Below, one piece after another: positions 59,913 to 64,000 of a stretch of DNA of 64,000 nucleotides. Origin of the DNA: a virus; IMG/VR virus record IMGVR_UViG_3300021373_000005. One strand, given 5' to 3'. Position numbers and translations under genes: made by a program. The first letter of the stretch is position 1. Each line of letters opens with the position of its first letter. The notes below the pieces were generated by a model. It was not told where the DNA came from, ran no database searches, and was given only the letters and a program-made list of their open reading frames with translations.

Positions 59913-62900
59913 GCATAAAGGTCAAAATCGGTGGCGGCCGCTCGATTAAGGCTGTACCGAAACAGGGTCAATCCACTCCTATTGTAGCTCCAGCAGAACG
60001 AAAACCACAAATCGTTCCGGATAGTGTTGTCCTTGGAATTGACACTATTGGTGAATACGTTGTTTCCGTCGCGAACACGGTCGGTATTACAGTATCACAA
60101 ACAGTTTACGACCAAGGCGCTAATGTTGTCATTGGTCATGCTGATACATCAAACGCAGTCAGCACAACAAATCCAAATTTATCGTATCCTAAAAATATCT
60201 CAATTGATACATTTGGTCATATTACAGATTTTGAAAATGTAAGTTTTAATCCATTAAACTTTACTGCCAATTCCACAGTTATTTCTTCTGCCGATATTAC
60301 TCTCGGTACAACTTCACTTACATTAGGCGAAACAACTCCAGTTATTGAAGGTCTTACTGACTTAACAATATCAAATTTATTCACTGCAGAAAATGGTGCA
60401 TTCTTAAATGGAATTGATGTTACTGGGCAGGCAGAAGTTGGTTCATTAAATGTTGAAGATTTAACACCAGGTCGTATTGTATATGCAGGAGCTGATGGAG
60501 AATTAATTGATTCACCTGGACTTACATTTAACGGCACAAGTATTATCGCAACAGGCGGGGTGTTCTTAGATGACTTATCCGTTCCTGGGCAAGCAACATT
60601 AGGAAGTGTTAATATTACTGACCTCAATGAAGGTCGTATTATGTATGCCGGGGCAAACGGCGAATTAATTGATTCTGCTAACCTATCTTTTGATGGTGTT
60701 TCCATTACAGCAACAGGTGGTGTATTTTTAGATATACTTAGAGTACCTGGTCAAACAGAATTAGGTTCAGTTAATGTTACTGATTTAACATCAGGCAGAG
60801 TTGTATTCTCAGGTGTTGACGGAGAACTTGTTGATAGTGATAAGTTAACATTTAACGGAACAACATTTACAGTAGATGGTGACACGGATATTACAGGTAA
60901 TGTCACTATAGGCGGTAATTTAACATTAGGTGATAATCAAGTTGATACCATTAATGTTGTTGCTGACTTTACATCGGACTTGATTCCTGATGTATCAGAT
61001 ACATACAGTTTAGGTACGCCTACTAAAGAATGGCGTAGAATATTTACTCCGACACTTAAGAGTTCTTCAGGTGTCGTAACGATTGATGAAACCGGCGCTC
61101 TTACACTACCTGTAGGTGGAACCTCAGACCGACCAACCGCTGCTATAGGTATGGTTCGTTATAATACTTCGGATAGTAGATTTGAAGGTTATGATGGAAC
61201 TAATTGGTCTGAATTAGCAGGTAGTGTTAAGGACGTTGATAAAGATACATTCATCCGAGCTGAAACTGGGCCAGGCGCTGATGGTGATGATCTTGACTTC
61301 TTTACCGCTGGTGTTCAGAGATTACAAATTAACCAAGATGGTGATTTAAAATACGGTCCTAACGATGAAATAGAATTTGACTTTTCAACAGGTGGAGCAA
61401 CATTTGGTTCAGTTTCTGTTTCTGCGATCGCACCAGGTTCTGTTGTATATACCTCGGCAGGAGGAAGATTAGAAGGACAAGCAAACCTTGCCTGGGACGG
61501 AACAAATTTAACAATCGTTGGTGGTATTACAGTTGATGGTGACTTTAGTACATCAGGTGGTTTATCTGGTGATAGTTTATCAGTAGGTAACTTACAAGCG
61601 AACACAATGATGTTCGTATCAGACACTGGTGCATTATCTTCAAACAATAATATCCAGTTTGACGGTTCGCATATGAACGTGAACGCAACTTCTGCGTTCT
61701 TTGTTGCACCAACAATTGAAACGGTTTCAGAAGGTCAAGTATTTGTTGCTGGAGCAAACGGTGCTTTACTTGGTGATGCAGGTTTAACATACGACGTTGA
61801 TACTAATGAATTATCGGTTGGTTCTCTTACAGATAATCGTGTTGTTGTCGCAGGACCAAGTGGCTTATTATCCGACGATGCGAATTTTACTTGGGACGGA
61901 ACAACATTAGCAGTTACAGGTTCAGGTACATTTACAGGTGATCTTGATGTTGATGGTGATGTTACTATCGCAGGTAATCTAACATTAGGTGACCAAGTAC
62001 AAGATACAATTAATGTTGTTGCTGACTTTACATCAGACTTATTACCTAAAGACGATGCTACTTACGACCTTGGTGCAACAGGATCGCAATGGGATAAGTT
62101 ATTCGTAACAACAATTGACAGTGATAATGAAGTATTAGTTATTGATACGACAGGAGCAATCACAGTTCCTGTTGGTACTACTGCGGATAGACCATCTTCA
62201 TTAACGGCCGGTATGGTTCGTTTCAATACAAGTGATGGAGTATTTGAAGGTTATAGTGGAAATGCTTGGGCATCACTAGGTGGTGTTAAAGACGTTGACC
62301 AAGATACATTTATTGAAGCAGAATCAAGTCCTGGTGCAGATAATGATGAATTAAGATTTGTCACTGCAGGTATTACTGCATTTACAGTTGACAACCAACA
62401 ACGAATTACAACCCCTGCCGCAACTGACCTTGTATTTAATGTCACTGGTAATATCGATGTAAGCAATACAATTATAACAGGTTTAGCAGAGCCTGTCAAC
62501 AATTCCGATGCAGTTACCAAGTTTTATGTAGAAAATACTTTTGATAGAGATTTCCATATAACGAAAGGTGCTAATACGTATGTATTGGATTTATTTAATA
62601 CAACGAATACACCAAGTTTTGAAATTGGAACCGCATTAACAATTGAAACATATGATTCTGGAAATAATGTTGTTCAAGTTGGATTAGACCCAGTATGGCA
62701 ATCATTCTCAGGATTAAGAGAAGCTGGTGTTGAAGGCACGGTTCCAAACTTTGAGTTTGACGTTTATGGTCGTGTTCGTTCTCTTGTAAATATTCCATTA
62801 TCTGTATCGTCCAACGCGGTTGTTGACTTCGTTCCATCTATTTTTGGTGTTGTTGAAGATGCTGTTAGAAATGGTAATATCGAACGCGGTTTAACTGTTA

Positions 62901-63859
62901 CGGCAAACAACGTGTCACAGAAAGTAAACTTTGAAACTGATAACTTTGATATTACATTAACAGGTGCAGTTACTGGTACAGATACAGTTGTTCATAACTC
63001 AAATGTTTCAATCGCAACATCGTTTGATTATGTAACACTTGACGCAAGATATATTAATGCTGAAGGTGGTGATACATCAAATGGTGATTTGCGAGCAACG
63101 AAGTTTGTAAGTAAAGACGATTTAAATTATTATGCCGACCCACAGGGTACTTCAAGATTTGCTGATTTATGGGTAGGTTATAATAAACCAAGTACAACAC
63201 TTACTTTCGGTACTGGTACTGGAAATATGTATATGTATGCTCAAGGATCCAAACTTGGTTTCCTAAGTAGTACATTCAATTTCGGTACATACTTTGATAC
63301 AATAAATAATAGTTGGTACGTTGAAGATGGTTCCGTATTTTCAAGGAACTTCATTGATAGTCAGGATACTAATTATAGAATTAACCCTGCGGGTGGAAAC
63401 TCCAGACTATTAGGCTTAAATATAGATACGCAAATGTTGTTAGGAAGTAATTTCCTATTTGCGAATTCTGCTATTTCCACCACTTCAGGTGATATTACAA
63501 TCAATCCTGCTTCTGGTGTATTTAGCGTTGATAACTCTATTATAACAAATGTTAGCGATCCTGTCAATAGTTTAGATGCAGTAAATAAGCAATCTTTAGA
63601 TACTGCTATCAACAGCTTGACAATTGGCGGTATTTCTATCGGAGCAGAAACAGGCACTGTAGATACAGTTGCTCTTGGTGAGACAATCACTTTTGCTGCG
63701 GGAGAAGGTATTGACACAACGGTCGCGAATAATCAAATAACAATTGCTGGTGAAATAGCAACAGATACCAATATTGGTGTTGCGAAATTCAACGCAGCGA
63801 ATTTTACAGTGACAGGCGGAGATGTAACCGTCACAACACTAGATGGAGGAACCTTTTAA
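59909..63859 (+). CDS. tail fibre-like protein with internal duplications
   Basis: GTG start; two copies of GA.T.PVG...DRP...GMVR.NTSD..FEGY.G..W..L...KDVD.DTFI.AE..PGAD.D.L.F.TAG and repeated GR..YAG..GEL.DS. Confidence 0.78.
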   Translation: MSIKVKIGGGRSIKAVPKQGQSTPIVAPAERKPQIVPDSVVLGIDTIGEYVVSVANTVGITVSQTVYDQGANVVIGHADTSNAVSTTNPNLSYPKNISIDTFGHITDFENVSFNPLNFTANSTVISSADITLGTTSLTLGETTPVIEGLTDLTISNLFTAENGAFLNGIDVTGQAEVGSLNVEDLTPGRIVYAGADGELIDSPGLTFNGTSIIATGGVFLDDLSVPGQATLGSVNITDLNEGRIMYAGANGELIDSANLSFDGVSITATGGVFLDILRVPGQTELGSVNVTDLTSGRVVFSGVDGELVDSDKLTFNGTTFTVDGDTDITGNVTIGGNLTLGDNQVDTINVVADFTSDLIPDVSDTYSLGTPTKEWRRIFTPTLKSSSGVVTIDETGALTLPVGGTSDRPTAAIGMVRYNTSDSRFEGYDGTNWSELAGSVKDVDKDTFIRAETGPGADGDDLDFFTAGVQRLQINQDGDLKYGPNDEIEFDFSTGGATFGSVSVSAIAPGSVVYTSAGGRLEGQANLAWDGTNLTIVGGITVDGDFSTSGGLSGDSLSVGNLQANTMMFVSDTGALSSNNNIQFDGSHMNVNATSAFFVAPTIETVSEGQVFVAGANGALLGDAGLTYDVDTNELSVGSLTDNRVVVAGPSGLLSDDANFTWDGTTLAVTGSGTFTGDLDVDGDVTIAGNLTLGDQVQDTINVVADFTSDLLPKDDATYDLGATGSQWDKLFVTTIDSDNEVLVIDTTGAITVPVGTTADRPSSLTAGMVRFNTSDGVFEGYSGNAWASLGGVKDVDQDTFIEAESSPGADNDELRFVTAGITAFTVDNQQRITTPAATDLVFNVTGNIDVSNTIITGLAEPVNNSDAVTKFYVENTFDRDFHITKGANTYVLDLFNTTNTPSFEIGTALTIETYDSGNNVVQVGLDPVWQSFSGLREAGVEGTVPNFEFDVYGRVRSLVNIPLSVSSNAVVDFVPSIFGVVEDAVRNGNIERGLTVTANNVSQKVNFETDNFDITLTGAVTGTDTVVHNSNVSIATSFDYVTLDARYINAEGGDTSNGDLRATKFVSKDDLNYYADPQGTSRFADLWVGYNKPSTTLTFGTGTGNMYMYAQGSKLGFLSSTFNFGTYFDTINNSWYVEDGSVFSRNFIDSQDTNYRINPAGGNSRLLGLNIDTQMLLGSNFLFANSAISTTSGDITINPASGVFSVDNSIITNVSDPVNSLDAVNKQSLDTAINSLTIGGISIGAETGTVDTVALGETITFAAGEGIDTTVANNQITIAGEIATDTNIGVAKFNAANFTVTGGDVTVTTLDGGTF

Positions 63860-63898
63860 TTTTGCCTAAATAGGTATATGATATAGAAGGACATATAT

Positions 63899-64000
63899 AT
63901 GTCAACATTAATTAAATTAAGAAGAAGTGCCGTACCTGGTCGCGCGCCAACGACAGCTCAGCTGGAGTTAGGTGAACTTGCGATTAACACAGCTGACGGC
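63899..64000 (+). CDS. tail fibre protein, N-terminal fragment (runs off the window)
   Basis: MSTLIKLRRSAVPGRAPTTAQLELGELAINTADG, a common fibre N-terminal motif. Confidence 0.75.
   Translation, partial: MSTLIKLRRSAVPGRAPTTAQLELGELAINTADG

Noticed and set aside
1-64000. Many short opposite-strand or alternate-frame ORFs in the track (e.g. 870-1109, 9324-9698, 15496-15903, 43900-44358, 57684-58283)
   Set aside because: They lie wholly inside well-supported genes, lack RBS or family motifs, and reflect codon bias or repeat shadows

Overview
This is a 64-kb segment of an AT-rich, T4-like (myovirus-type) phage genome with marine cyanophage/pelagiphage-style gene order. Bases 1-14.2 kb hold a + strand replication and nucleotide-metabolism module: gp43 C-terminus, glutaredoxin, MazG-like pyrophosphatase, DenA-like nuclease, DsbA, DexA, gp45/44/62, RegA, Hsp20 and peroxiredoxin. 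Seven perfect sigma70 promoters drive it. It embeds a DNA-hypermodification cluster: a gp42 dCMP hydroxymethylase, dCMP deaminase, HAD-phosphatase/kinase fusion, HxGH nucleotidyltransferase, BGT-like GT-B glycosyltransferase, C5-methyltransferase with a degenerate SAM motif, and a GT-A glycosyltransferase. Bases 14.3-19 kb hold - strand tail genes (gp4, gp2, gp54-like, gp26, a start-less gp51, probable tape measure). Bases 19.1-64 kb hold + strand baseplate and fibre genes. The most notable observations are: (i) a 3518-aa virion protein with 11 phycobiliprotein-like CxRD repeats; (ii) the hmC-glycosylation pathway that appears to make its own donor sugar, with clamp-binding tails on two of its enzymes; (iii) a predicted -1 ribosomal frameshift fusing gp26 to gp51; (iv) a Pho-box-like array upstream of a secreted protein; (v) hydrolase and blue-copper domains in the baseplate locus. 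All family assignments come from motif recognition by eye; no database searches were run. No tRNA, rRNA or CRISPR array was recognised.
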